A stretch of 64,000 nt of DNA from a virus: positions 27,613 to 91,612 of the IMG/VR virus record IMGVR_UViG_3300033412_000004; one strand, given 5' to 3'. The notes under the pieces are model-generated. The model was not told the DNA's origin, ran no database searches, and saw nothing but the letters and a program-made list of their open reading frames with translations. The position numbers and the translations under genes were made by a program. Within the stretch, counting starts at the first letter, position 1. Every line of letters starts with the position of its first letter. Below are positions 29,242 to 38,489 of the stretch, one piece after another.

Positions 29242-29747
29242 GTGTACTGTTCGACATGCTCCTGATCATCGGCACCTTCCTGGTCTCGCTTCTCATCAGC
29301 AGCTTCTGCGGGTACTGGATCCACAGAGGACTCCATTCCAGGCGCCTCAGTTTCATCAACAAGGGGCACATGGAGCACCACCTCCAGCACTATCCGCCGA
29401 AGCGACTGGTGACCGACAAGTACCTGCGAGCCAAGTGGTTCAATTCTGGGCCATTCCTCTTCACCCCTCCCTTCGTGATTTTGCTGGCGGTGTTCGGTGG
29501 GCTGCTGTGGCTGCTCGGGCTGCCGATGTGGTGCCTCGCCATCTTCGGCCCGGTGATGCTGGCGTACGGGCTGTTCAATGACGCGGTCCACGACAGCTTT
29601 CACGTCAAGAATACGTGGCTGCGATTTTTGCCCTTCTGGACGAAGTTGCGGGAGCACCACTTCCTTCATCACCACGACATGAAGCGCAATTTCGGCATCA
29701 TCTCGTTCGAGTGGGACCGGGTCTTTAAGACGTTCAAACGCCTCTGA
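29238..29747 (+). CDS. Fatty acid hydroxylase / sterol desaturase family membrane protein
   Basis: His boxes HRGLH, HMEHH, HDSFH, HHFLHH; NFGI...WDRVF; transmembrane helices. Confidence 0.85.
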   Translation: MSVLFDMLLIIGTFLVSLLISSFCGYWIHRGLHSRRLSFINKGHMEHHLQHYPPKRLVTDKYLRAKWFNSGPFLFTPPFVILLAVFGGLLWLLGLPMWCLAIFGPVMLAYGLFNDAVHDSFHVKNTWLRFLPFWTKLREHHFLHHHDMKRNFGIISFEWDRVFKTFKRL

Positions 29748-29779
29748 ACACCGGCGCTGCCGGGGAGTAGGTTGTGCGC

Positions 29780-30304
29780 ATGGACCAGACGCCGTGTCCC
29801 AAGTGCGGACATCCGATGTGGGAACACCGCAAGGAGTCAAGTCGTGGTCGCTTCATGTGCCATGAACGCATGAGCTACGACAACAACGACTTCTGTGGTT
29901 GCTCCCATGGAGCGCCGCTCAAGGCCGCACTGCTGCTGTACGCGATTCGCAACAGCAAGGGTGAGTACTTCCGGGCCAAAGGCCGCGACGGCTACGGCAA
30001 GAAGTCGTGGGTGCCCGACCTCATCGATGCCAAGCTATACGCCAAGGTGTCGCAAGCCCGCGCTCGCATCACCTACTTCGCCAACAACAACCCGCAGAAG
30101 CTGCCGGTGCCTGAGCTGATCGAGTTCAAGGCCGTCGAGGAGCGGGTCATCGACGAGACCGACCGAGTCCGAGACGCCAAGCGCAAGAAGGAGCTCGAGG
30201 TCGAGAATCGCAAGAAAGCGCAAGCGAAGTGGGAGCTTGAGCAAGCGCAGAAACAACTGGCCGCCGCACAAGCCAAAATCGACAAGCTGAGGAGAGGTGA
30301 ATGA
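29780..30304 (+). CDS. Hypothetical protein with N-terminal Cys/His motif and C-terminal coiled coil
   Basis: CPKCGH..H, CGC; start set by upstream promoter spacing. Confidence 0.65.
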   Translation: MDQTPCPKCGHPMWEHRKESSRGRFMCHERMSYDNNDFCGCSHGAPLKAALLLYAIRNSKGEYFRAKGRDGYGKKSWVPDLIDAKLYAKVSQARARITYFANNNPQKLPVPELIEFKAVEERVIDETDRVRDAKRKKELEVENRKKAQAKWELEQAQKQLAAAQAKIDKLRRGE

Positions 30305-31311
30305 TGCGAACGCTGATGATTTTCAAGGGACTCCCGGGCAGTGGCAAGTCGACGGAGGCCGCCGCGCTCGTCAAGCGAGAGCCCAAGCGCTGGATTCGCA
30401 TCAACCGTGACGACCTGCGCGGCATGGTCGTCGGGCCAGGCAACAACCCGCACGCCCGAGACAACGACCGTGAAGAGCTGGTTCGTGGCATGAAGGAAGC
30501 GCTGATGCGACAGGCCTTCGACGCCGGCTATGACGTCATCCTCGACGACACTCACCTGGTGCCGATGACGGTCAAGAAGCTGCACGCGGCCGCGGCTGCC
30601 TACGGCGACGTCAAGGTCATCGAGCGCGGTGTCAACGTCGACATCAAGACGGCCATCGAGCGAGACTCAAAGCGGACCGGCTTTGCCCACGTCGGCGAGA
30701 AGGTCATCATGGACATGGCGCGCGGCGCCGGCATCGACAAGGGCCGGAAGCTGAGCGACAAGGAAGCGTACTACGAGCCGCGCCCCGACTCGTTCGCCAC
30801 CATCATCCAGGACGAGTCGCTGCCCGAGGCCATCATGTGCGACCTCGACGGTACCTTGGCCATCATCAACGACCGGACGCCTTACGACGCGACTGACTGC
30901 GACCTCAAGGACCTGCCCAACTGGCCGGTCATCCACTGCGTCCTGGCGATGCACGCCCGCGGCGCCAAGATCATGTTCATGTCGGGCCGCGACCAGAAGT
31001 ACCGGCCCGAGACGGAGCGCTTCATCGAGATGTACTGTCGAGTCCCGGCCAACTGGGCCTTCTCGAAGGAGAACGACGACAGGCCGAAGGACGTGCCCAT
31101 CCCCTACGAGCTCCACATGCGCGGGGAGACGGCACCCGATCCCGACAAGATGGACATGCGCAAGGACGCTGTCATCAAGCAGGAGCTGTTCGACAAGTAC
31201 GTCCGCGGCAAGTACAACGTTCGCTTCGTGCTCGACGATCGCAACCAAGTCGTCGACTTCTGGCGATCGATCGGACTCACCTGTTTTCAGGTGGCCCCGG
31301 GTGCGTTCTAA
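30301..31311 (+). CDS. pseT: Polynucleotide 5'-kinase / 3'-phosphatase (T4 PseT-like)
   Basis: GLPGSGKST, NRDDLR, HAD DLDGT, SGR, DDRNQVV. Confidence 0.92.
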   Translation: MMRTLMIFKGLPGSGKSTEAAALVKREPKRWIRINRDDLRGMVVGPGNNPHARDNDREELVRGMKEALMRQAFDAGYDVILDDTHLVPMTVKKLHAAAAAYGDVKVIERGVNVDIKTAIERDSKRTGFAHVGEKVIMDMARGAGIDKGRKLSDKEAYYEPRPDSFATIIQDESLPEAIMCDLDGTLAIINDRTPYDATDCDLKDLPNWPVIHCVLAMHARGAKIMFMSGRDQKYRPETERFIEMYCRVPANWAFSKENDDRPKDVPIPYELHMRGETAPDPDKMDMRKDAVIKQELFDKYVRGKYNVRFVLDDRNQVVDFWRSIGLTCFQVAPGAF

Positions 31312-32057
31312 TCGAAGACGTTGAAACGTTTTGAGTTGATTGCAGAAACGTATTCATCATAACGTTTCTCAGCGTCTTCGTAAGCGCTGATCAAGCCTTG
31401 ATCAGTGTAGTCAACGTGTCCTAGACGTGACAACCGAGGTGCCAATAGTGATCCGATCACTCCCAAGCCTCGAACTCGATCACCGTGCTTTCGCCAGGCC
31501 CAGATGAGATGCTGAATCTCAGCATCTTGAGTTTTCATTGCACGGTGCACGCCATAGCGAAATCCCTGAAGATTACTGGCGTGGTGACAATGAAATCCAA
31601 CGAACTTCAACGTGGGAGGCAAATCTGCGCCTCGGATGACGTTCGTATTTCCAAGCTCAACGTTGCGGTCGCAGTAGAGCTTGTCAGTTGTTCCCAAGAA
31701 AACTACGCGTGGAGTGAAAGCATTGAGACCGATGATCAACTTGTCGGTCATGTAGTCATGAAGGGGTGCTTGAAGCCCAGTCGCGTCCTTTGCTCGAATC
31801 GTCTGAAAAATCTCTGATAGGATCCAAGGTTGCGAGAGGACAGTGTCAGCATCGATCTTGACGAAAAGGTCGTGACTAGATTGTTCTTCGCGCCATTTCG
31901 CCCAAAGTGTGTTGTGAGCATCCTTTTCGTTGAGCCCAGAGACGATATGATGTGTCACAATCACATTCGTCTGCGTATTGATCGCTGCACAGCATTTTGC
32001 AAAGTCACCTTCGCCGCTGTGCAGCGTTCCTACGAAAATTCTGGGATCATCCGTCAT
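31308..32057 (-). CDS. Putative GT-A glycosyltransferase
   Basis: FVKIDADTV DxD motif; lower-GC segment. Confidence 0.5.
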   Translation of the reverse strand: MTDDPRIFVGTLHSGEGDFAKCCAAINTQTNVIVTHHIVSGLNEKDAHNTLWAKWREEQSSHDLFVKIDADTVLSQPWILSEIFQTIRAKDATGLQAPLHDYMTDKLIIGLNAFTPRVVFLGTTDKLYCDRNVELGNTNVIRGADLPPTLKFVGFHCHHASNLQGFRYGVHRAMKTQDAEIQHLIWAWRKHGDRVRGLGVIGSLLAPRLSRLGHVDYTDQGLISAYEDAEKRYDEYVSAINSKRFNVFD

Positions 32058-32076
32058 AAGACGGATTCTACACTAC

Positions 32077-33105
32077 TCAGTAAGAGACGACAACCACGAT
32101 ACCATTGGCGCCGTTACCACCTGAACCCGCAGTAGCGCCTGCTCCGCCGCCTCCTCCGCCACCTCCATAAAGACCTCCGTTACCCCCATTGCCTGCCGTA
32201 CCTCCCGAACCGGCACCGGAACCTCCGCCTCCTCCGCCACCGCCAACCTGTGGTTGATTTGTTGTAACGTTTGATCCATTCGAACCGTTGTTACCCACTC
32301 CGCCAGCTGCGCCACAACCTGTACGAGATACACTGGGCGATCCGCCGTCTCCAGCGGGGCCAACGACAGAGACTGACACCTTGTAACCGCCAGCTCCACC
32401 GCCCCCAGGCGTTTCACCAAAAAAGACCGCGGTGTTCGTTGTTGCGGGCAGCGCACCGGTTGAATCGAGAACATCACCACCATTGCCACCTCTTGTGTCT
32501 CCATAACCTCCAAAACTTTTATCGCCAGGCAATAGTGCGTCGTAAGTAACTGTAGCTGAAGCCCCGAACGCAATCAACAGTGCATCGAAAGTCGAATCAC
32601 CGCCAGCTGATCCAGTTACTCCAGGTGTAGCGCCCGCTCCTCCCGAGCCTCCTGTGCCGACGACAACACTTGCAGTTGCAGGCAAATCAGACGCAAGGAA
32701 AAATCCACGCGTTTTTCCACCGGCACCGCCACCAGGTCCGCCGGGCAAACCATAACCAGAAGCTTGGTATCCGCCTCCGCCACCCGCACCTCCTCCGACA
32801 AGGAAGACTTCTACAATAGACGCACCATTGGGTTTCGTCCATGTGCCTGAACCAGTGAAGATTTGTCGATCAGGCGTGATGCTACCCGTAGCAACTTGAC
32901 CAGTTGCAGTGATAAGCACTTGCCCGTTAGATTGAGACGTAATCGTGATGCCAGGTCCAGCGACGAGGTACGTCTTACCGTCAGTGAGTCGCTGAAGCGA
33001 TCCTGACAGACCACCATAGAACAACGCAGGTGTCAAGTAGCTTGACCCCGTCGTCGACATCTGCACGATCACTACACCATCAATTTTCGTTTCTGAAGAC
33101 GCCAT
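32077..33105 (-). CDS. Glycine-rich virion fibre/decoration protein
   Basis: FTGSGTWTKP...VGGGAGG...GNGANGIVVVVS Gly-rich domain; SGSLQRLTDG.TYLVAG motif; SD GGGAGG; TACCTA upstream. Confidence 0.7.
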   Translation of the reverse strand: MASSETKIDGVVIVQMSTTGSSYLTPALFYGGLSGSLQRLTDGKTYLVAGPGITITSQSNGQVLITATGQVATGSITPDRQIFTGSGTWTKPNGASIVEVFLVGGGAGGGGGYQASGYGLPGGPGGGAGGKTRGFFLASDLPATASVVVGTGGSGGAGATPGVTGSAGGDSTFDALLIAFGASATVTYDALLPGDKSFGGYGDTRGGNGGDVLDSTGALPATTNTAVFFGETPGGGGAGGYKVSVSVVGPAGDGGSPSVSRTGCGAAGGVGNNGSNGSNVTTNQPQVGGGGGGGGSGAGSGGTAGNGGNGGLYGGGGGGGGAGATAGSGGNGANGIVVVVSY

Positions 33106-33170
33106 GATTTTCCTCCCGCGGTAGGTATGCACATACGCCGTTTTGAGTGGTACAACTTCAGCAGAAAATC

Positions 33171-33365
33171 ATGCGCTCCTACAAGCTGAAACTCAAGCTG
33201 ATGCTGGGCCTTCGCGGTCTGGCCGTCGTCTCATGTGCGTTCGGGGCGTACCGACTGTTCTCGGTGGGCAGTCCCCTGGGCGTGATGCTGTTGGTGCTGA
33301 TCGTACCGCAACTTTTCCTTGCTCACCGCGACGTCAAGGAACTTCAATTTCTGAGGGGTTCATGA
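33171..33365 (+). CDS. Small membrane protein
   Basis: Two hydrophobic segments; ATGA overlap with next gene. Confidence 0.5.
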   Translation: MRSYKLKLKLMLGLRGLAVVSCAFGAYRLFSVGSPLGVMLLVLIVPQLFLAHRDVKELQFLRGS

Positions 33366-33634
33366 TCTACTCAGAATTCCAAGTCGGACAGAAGTTCAGG
33401 TGTGGCAGCAAGGTCTGGATGTGCACTGACAAGGGCACACGCATCATCACCGCGATCTGCTTGACGGTGTGTCGCACCAATGACTGGGCGCGGAACTTGG
33501 ATGAAGACATCCAGGAACGTGCCTGGGAACGCAAGACGCCAGAAGTTGATCCTTCATGGCTGAAGGGACCACCCTATGCGTTGGCTGAACACGTGTTCGA
33601 CGAAAACGACCAGAAAGGGTGCGAATCACTGTGA
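33362..33634 (+). CDS. Hypothetical protein
   Basis: WMCTDKGTR...PSWLKGPPYA; coupled to neighbours. Confidence 0.6.
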   Translation: MIYSEFQVGQKFRCGSKVWMCTDKGTRIITAICLTVCRTNDWARNLDEDIQERAWERKTPEVDPSWLKGPPYALAEHVFDENDQKGCESL

Positions 33635-34197
33635 AACGACGAAGAATTTTGCTTGACTGTGACGGCGTCATCGCCGACTTCTGCACTGCGTGCTTCAACC
33701 TCATCGAGGAGCACACGGGCGATCGACACACTCACGATGAAGTGACTCACTGGGACTTGTTCACCATCGTGGGCAAGGGTCACCTGAAGCCGCTGATGAA
33801 AGAGACGGCGGCCAAGTCGGGTTGGTGCATCAGTTTCCCGATGTACCCGGGTTCACAGGAGGCGGTGAAGAAGCTCGAGGAGTACGGCGAAGTCGTCGTC
33901 GTCACCTCGCCCATGACGACGCCGTTCTGGGCCTATGAGCGGACCGTCTGGCTCGAGCAGCACTTCGGCATCCCGAAGCCGCGCATCGTCCACACTGAAG
34001 GCAAGCAGTACGTCAAGGGTGACGTCCTGATCGACGACGCTGATGAGAACTGCCTCAAGTGGCACAAGGAGTACCCGGAAGCGCTGACGCTGTTGTGGGA
34101 CGCTCCCTACAACCGCGAGGCCGATCTGGCGGGCACCGGCATCATCCGCGTCAAAGGCTGGGACGAGGTCTTTGCGCTCCTGGAGAAGGGCACGTGA
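33631..34197 (+). CDS. 5'(3')-deoxyribonucleotidase (NT5C-type HAD)
   Basis: DCDGVIAD, VTSP, WL..HF, GDVLIDD, DAPYN. Confidence 0.88.
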   Translation: MKRRRILLDCDGVIADFCTACFNLIEEHTGDRHTHDEVTHWDLFTIVGKGHLKPLMKETAAKSGWCISFPMYPGSQEAVKKLEEYGEVVVVTSPMTTPFWAYERTVWLEQHFGIPKPRIVHTEGKQYVKGDVLIDDADENCLKWHKEYPEALTLLWDAPYNREADLAGTGIIRVKGWDEVFALLEKGT

Positions 34198-34364
34198 TCG
34201 AAAAGCTGACTCTCACCGCTGACATCCTGATCTTCGCCTGGTTGGTCGGCACCTGGTTCTACGAAGGACACCACAAGAAGTGCAAGGTCACGGTGACGTG
34301 TCCACACTGCGGCGAGGAATCGGAACAAGCGTGCTTGGCTGACCACCGGCACGACGAGACTTGA
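34194..34364 (+). CDS. Small hypothetical protein (hydrophobic segment + CxxC)
   Basis: GTGA overlap; CPHCG. Confidence 0.4.
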   Translation: MIEKLTLTADILIFAWLVGTWFYEGHHKKCKVTVTCPHCGEESEQACLADHRHDET

Positions 34365-34543
34365 TCGGTGAGTGCAAGGTGGCATGCATGACACCTGACG
34401 AAAGGGTGAGTACACCAGAAGGGTGCTTCCGAACGAAGCGGTAAAACAGTCGTAACCCTTCAAGGCGGCGGTGGTGCAAGCCGTGGACGACCGCAAACGA
34501 CAAGCACGCGGGGATAACAGGCCCGTACCGATCGAGGTTGACC

Positions 34544-34873
34544 ATGAGAGAGACGAAGATGGGAATTCGCCAGTACAACTACCACACCTGGTCGAAGTAC
34601 ATGGTGCGCGAGCCCAAGGACATGCCCAAAGGCAGCCACTACGCGGCGGTGCTGTTCGGCACCCGCACCGAATGGACACCGGCGTACGATCGCCACGATA
34701 GCGACTCTTCATGTTCGGTTCCAGAGATCACATATTTCGCCTTCTACTCCTTGGAGGAGCTCGAGACGTGGGTCGCCGAGGCAGCCCAGGACAAGAAGCA
34801 GTTCTTCTTCTACCACGTGCCCAAATTGGGCGAAGCTACCATCAAAGTCAGTGTACACACGGAGTTGAAATGA
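34544..34873 (+). CDS. Hypothetical protein
   Basis: SD GAGG; ATGA overlap with pyrE. Confidence 0.6.
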   Translation: MRETKMGIRQYNYHTWSKYMVREPKDMPKGSHYAAVLFGTRTEWTPAYDRHDSDSSCSVPEITYFAFYSLEELETWVAEAAQDKKQFFFYHVPKLGEATIKVSVHTELK

Positions 34874-35400
34874 AGTCAGCGCTCGATTTCCTTCGCCAAA
34901 AGTCAGTCCTCCATGCACCGCCCGGCAAGCCTTTCATCCTAAAGTCGGGTGCCGAGTCGATGACGTACATCGACGTTCGCCTGACGGCACTGTCGTCCGA
35001 CGGACTCCACGCGGTGGCCGAGGCGCTGTACGAACGCTTGGCGGGCATGAAGATCAATGCCAACCTCGTCGCTGGCGTCGCTCTGGGCGGTTGTCCCCTG
35101 GCGACGGGCGTATCGCTGATGTCGGGCCTGGACGCGCTGTACGTCCGGCCTGAAGCAAAGGACCACGGCACTGGCAAATTGGTCGAGGGTGCGTTTCACC
35201 CAGGCGACCGCGTGGTGCTGCTCGAGGACGTCATCACCTCAGGCGGATCAACATTGAAGGCCATTGCTGCGCTGCGGTCAGCGGGTCTCACCGTCGCCGG
35301 CGTCATTGCCGTCCTCGACCGAGAGCAAGGCGGCGCCGGACCCATCCAACAGGAGTGCCCGTTCACGGCGCTGTTCACGTTGAAGGAGCTACTCGCATGA
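34870..35400 (+). CDS. pyrE: Orotate phosphoribosyltransferase
   Basis: FILKSG.ES..YID.R, KDHGTG, PRPP motif LLEDVITSGGS, VLDR. Confidence 0.92.
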   Translation: MKSALDFLRQKSVLHAPPGKPFILKSGAESMTYIDVRLTALSSDGLHAVAEALYERLAGMKINANLVAGVALGGCPLATGVSLMSGLDALYVRPEAKDHGTGKLVEGAFHPGDRVVLLEDVITSGGSTLKAIAALRSAGLTVAGVIAVLDREQGGAGPIQQECPFTALFTLKELLA

Positions 35401-36083
35401 ACAACCCGATCTGCTTTGCCCTTGACGGCATGGGCGCCACGGCGGCCCAGTACCACGTCGACATGCTCGAGGAACACGTCGGCGCCTTCAAGGTGGGCCT
35501 CGAACTCTTCATCCGGTCGGGCAAGCTGCCTGCCACCCAACGTCCCATCGTCCTCGACCTGAAGCTGCACGACATCCCGGAGACAGTCGCCGGCGCGGTC
35601 CGAGCAGGTGGCGACCTGGGCGCCAAGTACATGACCCTCCACATCCAACAGCGAGAAACGTTGGAGAAGGCGGTGCAGGCCGCTGAGCCCTATGACATCA
35701 CGCTGTTGGGCGTCACGGTGCTGACGTCGATGACCCGAGATGACTTCAAGGACCTTCGTTTCCAGGACGGAGCGTTCGACGACGTCCGCAGCCGCGTTCA
35801 CAACCTGGCGCGCTTTGCCGTCGCCCGGTGCGGGTTGCGAGGCCTGGTGTGCTCGCCGCAGGAGGTCGAATTCCTGCGAATGAACTTCACCGACGAGGAG
35901 CAGCCTTTCCTGTTGGTGCCCGGCATCCGACCTGCGGGTTCGGCGCTCAATGATCAGAAGCGAGTCGGCACTCCGGCACAGGCGATGAAGGACGGCGCCA
36001 ACCTGCTCGTCATCGGTCGGCCGATCCGAGACGCCAATGACCCGGTCCAGGCCGCAAAGGACATCCTCGCTGAGATAGCGTAG
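35397..36083 (+). CDS. pyrF: Orotidine 5'-phosphate decarboxylase
   Basis: ALD, KVG, DLKLHDIPETV, VTVLTS, PGIRP, DQKR, VIGRPI. Confidence 0.95.
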   Translation: MNNPICFALDGMGATAAQYHVDMLEEHVGAFKVGLELFIRSGKLPATQRPIVLDLKLHDIPETVAGAVRAGGDLGAKYMTLHIQQRETLEKAVQAAEPYDITLLGVTVLTSMTRDDFKDLRFQDGAFDDVRSRVHNLARFAVARCGLRGLVCSPQEVEFLRMNFTDEEQPFLLVPGIRPAGSALNDQKRVGTPAQAMKDGANLLVIGRPIRDANDPVQAAKDILAEIA

Positions 36084-36341
36084 ATGTCGTGGTGTAGGCG
36101 CTGCCTCGTCTACCACACGCCGGGACCCAACGGCGGTACCTTTCGTTTCATCAACGATCCTACCATCGGCGACATTCGCCATGGACGTGAACGCGGTGCA
36201 TTCTTGCTTCGCCGTGTAGTAGAACGGAGAGGCAACAGGCTCTACGGAGCGTGGCTCACTGACGAGGGCCGCGCTGTCGTCGTGTGGGAAAGCGAGGTGC
36301 GCGATGCACAAGTACCCGAGGACAAGGCACATCAGGGGTAG
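36084..36341 (+). CDS. Hypothetical protein
   Basis: ATG immediately after pyrF stop; overlaps next gene by 38 nt. Confidence 0.4.
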   Translation: MSWCRRCLVYHTPGPNGGTFRFINDPTIGDIRHGRERGAFLLRRVVERRGNRLYGAWLTDEGRAVVVWESEVRDAQVPEDKAHQG

Positions 36342-37086
36342 CAGGTTTCAGCACGGCGACCACGACCTCGAGGCCGCCGAGTGGCAGGAGCTCGCGGGCA
36401 AGCACCTCGTCGTCGAGGAAAAGATCGACGGTGCCAACTGCGGCATCTCCTTTTCGGAGGAAGGGGAGCTGCTCCTGCAGTCCAGGGGACACTACCTGCG
36501 AGGAGGGCCACGAGAAAAACACTTCAACCTGCTCAAACAGTGGGCAGCCTGTCACCAAGAAGCGTTTTTCTGTGCCCTCGGGTCGCGGTACATCATGTAC
36601 GGCGAATGGATGTACGCCAAACACACGTTCTACTACGACGCGCTGCCTCACTACTTCATGGAGTTCGACGTGCTGGACACGGCGACGGGAGACTTCCTGA
36701 CGACGCCGGCGCGGAGGCTGCTGTTGGCCCAGTGCCCGGTGTCATCGGTGTTGGTCCTCCACGAAGGCGCCGTCGCCTCGCACGGAGCGCTGGCCAAGAT
36801 GATCACGCGGTCGCACTTCATCACCAATGAACGCATCACCAACCTCAACAATGCCGCCGAGGCCGCAGGCGTCGTGGCAACCGAGGCGTGGGCACACACC
36901 GACCACTCGGACGACATGGAAGGCCTCTACATCAAAGTAGAGGACGGCATGCGCGTCGTCGACCGCTTCAAGTACGTTCGCCAGTCGTTCACCAACGCGA
37001 TCCTCGACCAGGAACAACACTGGCACGAGCGACCCATCATTCCCAACCGGCTGCTGCCAGGTGCTTTCGAAAGGATGTTCCAATGA
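36304..37086 (+). CDS. ATP-dependent RNA ligase family protein
   Basis: KYPRT.H, motif I EEKIDGAN, YGEW, EFD, EGLYIK, KYVR. Confidence 0.85.
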   Translation: MHKYPRTRHIRGSRFQHGDHDLEAAEWQELAGKHLVVEEKIDGANCGISFSEEGELLLQSRGHYLRGGPREKHFNLLKQWAACHQEAFFCALGSRYIMYGEWMYAKHTFYYDALPHYFMEFDVLDTATGDFLTTPARRLLLAQCPVSSVLVLHEGAVASHGALAKMITRSHFITNERITNLNNAAEAAGVVATEAWAHTDHSDDMEGLYIKVEDGMRVVDRFKYVRQSFTNAILDQEQHWHERPIIPNRLLPGAFERMFQ

Positions 37087-37607
37087 TGTACCGAGACGAG
37101 TGGTTCGACCCAGCGGGCACCATTGCGATGTTCATCGCGGCGGCGCTGCAACACCCCAACCCACCTTGTAACGGCAGGAATCCACGGGTGTCGACGATCT
37201 TCGTCGACCAGCACAAGAACAAGTTCGGCCAGGTCGTCGTCTACTGCAAGTTGGCGTACCCCGACCTCGTCATGGCCAAGTGGGTCGAAGAAGGCAACGA
37301 CGGTGAGCCGACGCCGCACTACGTCGACAAGTGCCGCATCCACGATGCAGAACACTACCGCGCAGCGTACTTGTCGATGACGAAGTTGGTGCCTCAGCAC
37401 GAGAAGATCATCCTGGCGCGGCCCGACTACGGCTACCTGCTGTTCAGGACGGCCGAGGAGCTCAACGGCTACTTCGACTTCAAGGACCAGGAACATTGGA
37501 CCGACGAGATCCGCGCGAAGTGGCAGCAGTCGTACATGGACACCTGGCAGGTCACCACCTTGGACGATCTGAGGGCCAAGCTGCGCAAGGTCTGCGGATT
37601 CAAGTGA
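37083..37607 (+). CDS. Hypothetical protein
   Basis: ATGA overlap; typical codon usage. Confidence 0.6.
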   Translation: MMYRDEWFDPAGTIAMFIAAALQHPNPPCNGRNPRVSTIFVDQHKNKFGQVVVYCKLAYPDLVMAKWVEEGNDGEPTPHYVDKCRIHDAEHYRAAYLSMTKLVPQHEKIILARPDYGYLLFRTAEELNGYFDFKDQEHWTDEIRAKWQQSYMDTWQVTTLDDLRAKLRKVCGFK

Positions 37608-37640
37608 ACAGGATCTGCGTTATGCGGTACCTTGTTCTGC

Positions 37641-38489
37641 ATGAGCAAGATCGCATGGTGCACTGACATCCATCTCGACCACCTGTATGGAAATGAGGAG
37701 CGACTGATCAAGTTCGCACAGAGCTTGGTCGCTGCTGAGCCGCAGGCTGTTGCGATCACGGGCGACATCTCGAGCGCGAAGGAGATCGTCTTTCACTTGT
37801 CGGCCCTCGAACGGGTCATCCAGCGTCCCATCTATTTCGTCCTCGGCAACCACGACTACTATGGTGGTGGAATCGACGACGTCCGCAAGCAGATGAAGGA
37901 CCTGGGCAACATCTCACCCTTCCTGAAGTACCTGCCCACCTCGAACTACGTTCCGCTGACGCCGTCAACTGCGGTATTGGGCCACGACGGCTGGTACGAT
38001 GCGTTGAACGGCGACGGGAATCGCTCAAAGTTCATGATGAATGACTGGGTCGCCATCAGGGACTTCGTGCCGCACTCCGGCGGCAGTCAATTCATGATGA
38101 TGAACCGCGACCTGCGTGACCGCAACGGCCTGATCGCCCACGCACGGAAGCTGGCGACTGAGGGCGTCACCCACGTGCAGAACAGCATCAAGGCCGCGAC
38201 TCGCTATCACCGCAACCTGATCATCTTGACCCACTATCCGCCGTTCGCCGAGTCTCACATCTACAACGGCCGCGTGGGCGACAGCGACGCTCAACCGTGG
38301 TTCACATCCAAGATGATGGGTGACATGTTGCTGCAGGCTGCCAAGGCATACCCCAACGTCAACTTCACCGTCCTGGCGGGTCACACCCACGGCAAGTACG
38401 ACGGCAAACCGCTGCCCAACCTCCACGTTCACGTCGGCGGCGCCGAATACGGGCAGCCTGCGCTGGCGGCACTCATCGACGTCGTGTGA
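37641..38489 (+). CDS. Calcineurin-like metallophosphoesterase
   Basis: DIH, TGD, GNHD, TH.PP, GHTH. Confidence 0.9.
   Translation: MSKIAWCTDIHLDHLYGNEERLIKFAQSLVAAEPQAVAITGDISSAKEIVFHLSALERVIQRPIYFVLGNHDYYGGGIDDVRKQMKDLGNISPFLKYLPTSNYVPLTPSTAVLGHDGWYDALNGDGNRSKFMMNDWVAIRDFVPHSGGSQFMMMNRDLRDRNGLIAHARKLATEGVTHVQNSIKAATRYHRNLIILTHYPPFAESHIYNGRVGDSDAQPWFTSKMMGDMLLQAAKAYPNVNFTVLAGHTHGKYDGKPLPNLHVHVGGAEYGQPALAALIDVV

Noticed and set aside
32120-32800. GGC/GGA repeats as a DNA repeat element
   Set aside because: They simply encode the glycine-rich protein
34394-34445. Hammerhead ribozyme (CTGACGA)
   Set aside because: No properly placed GAAA core or stem II/III found
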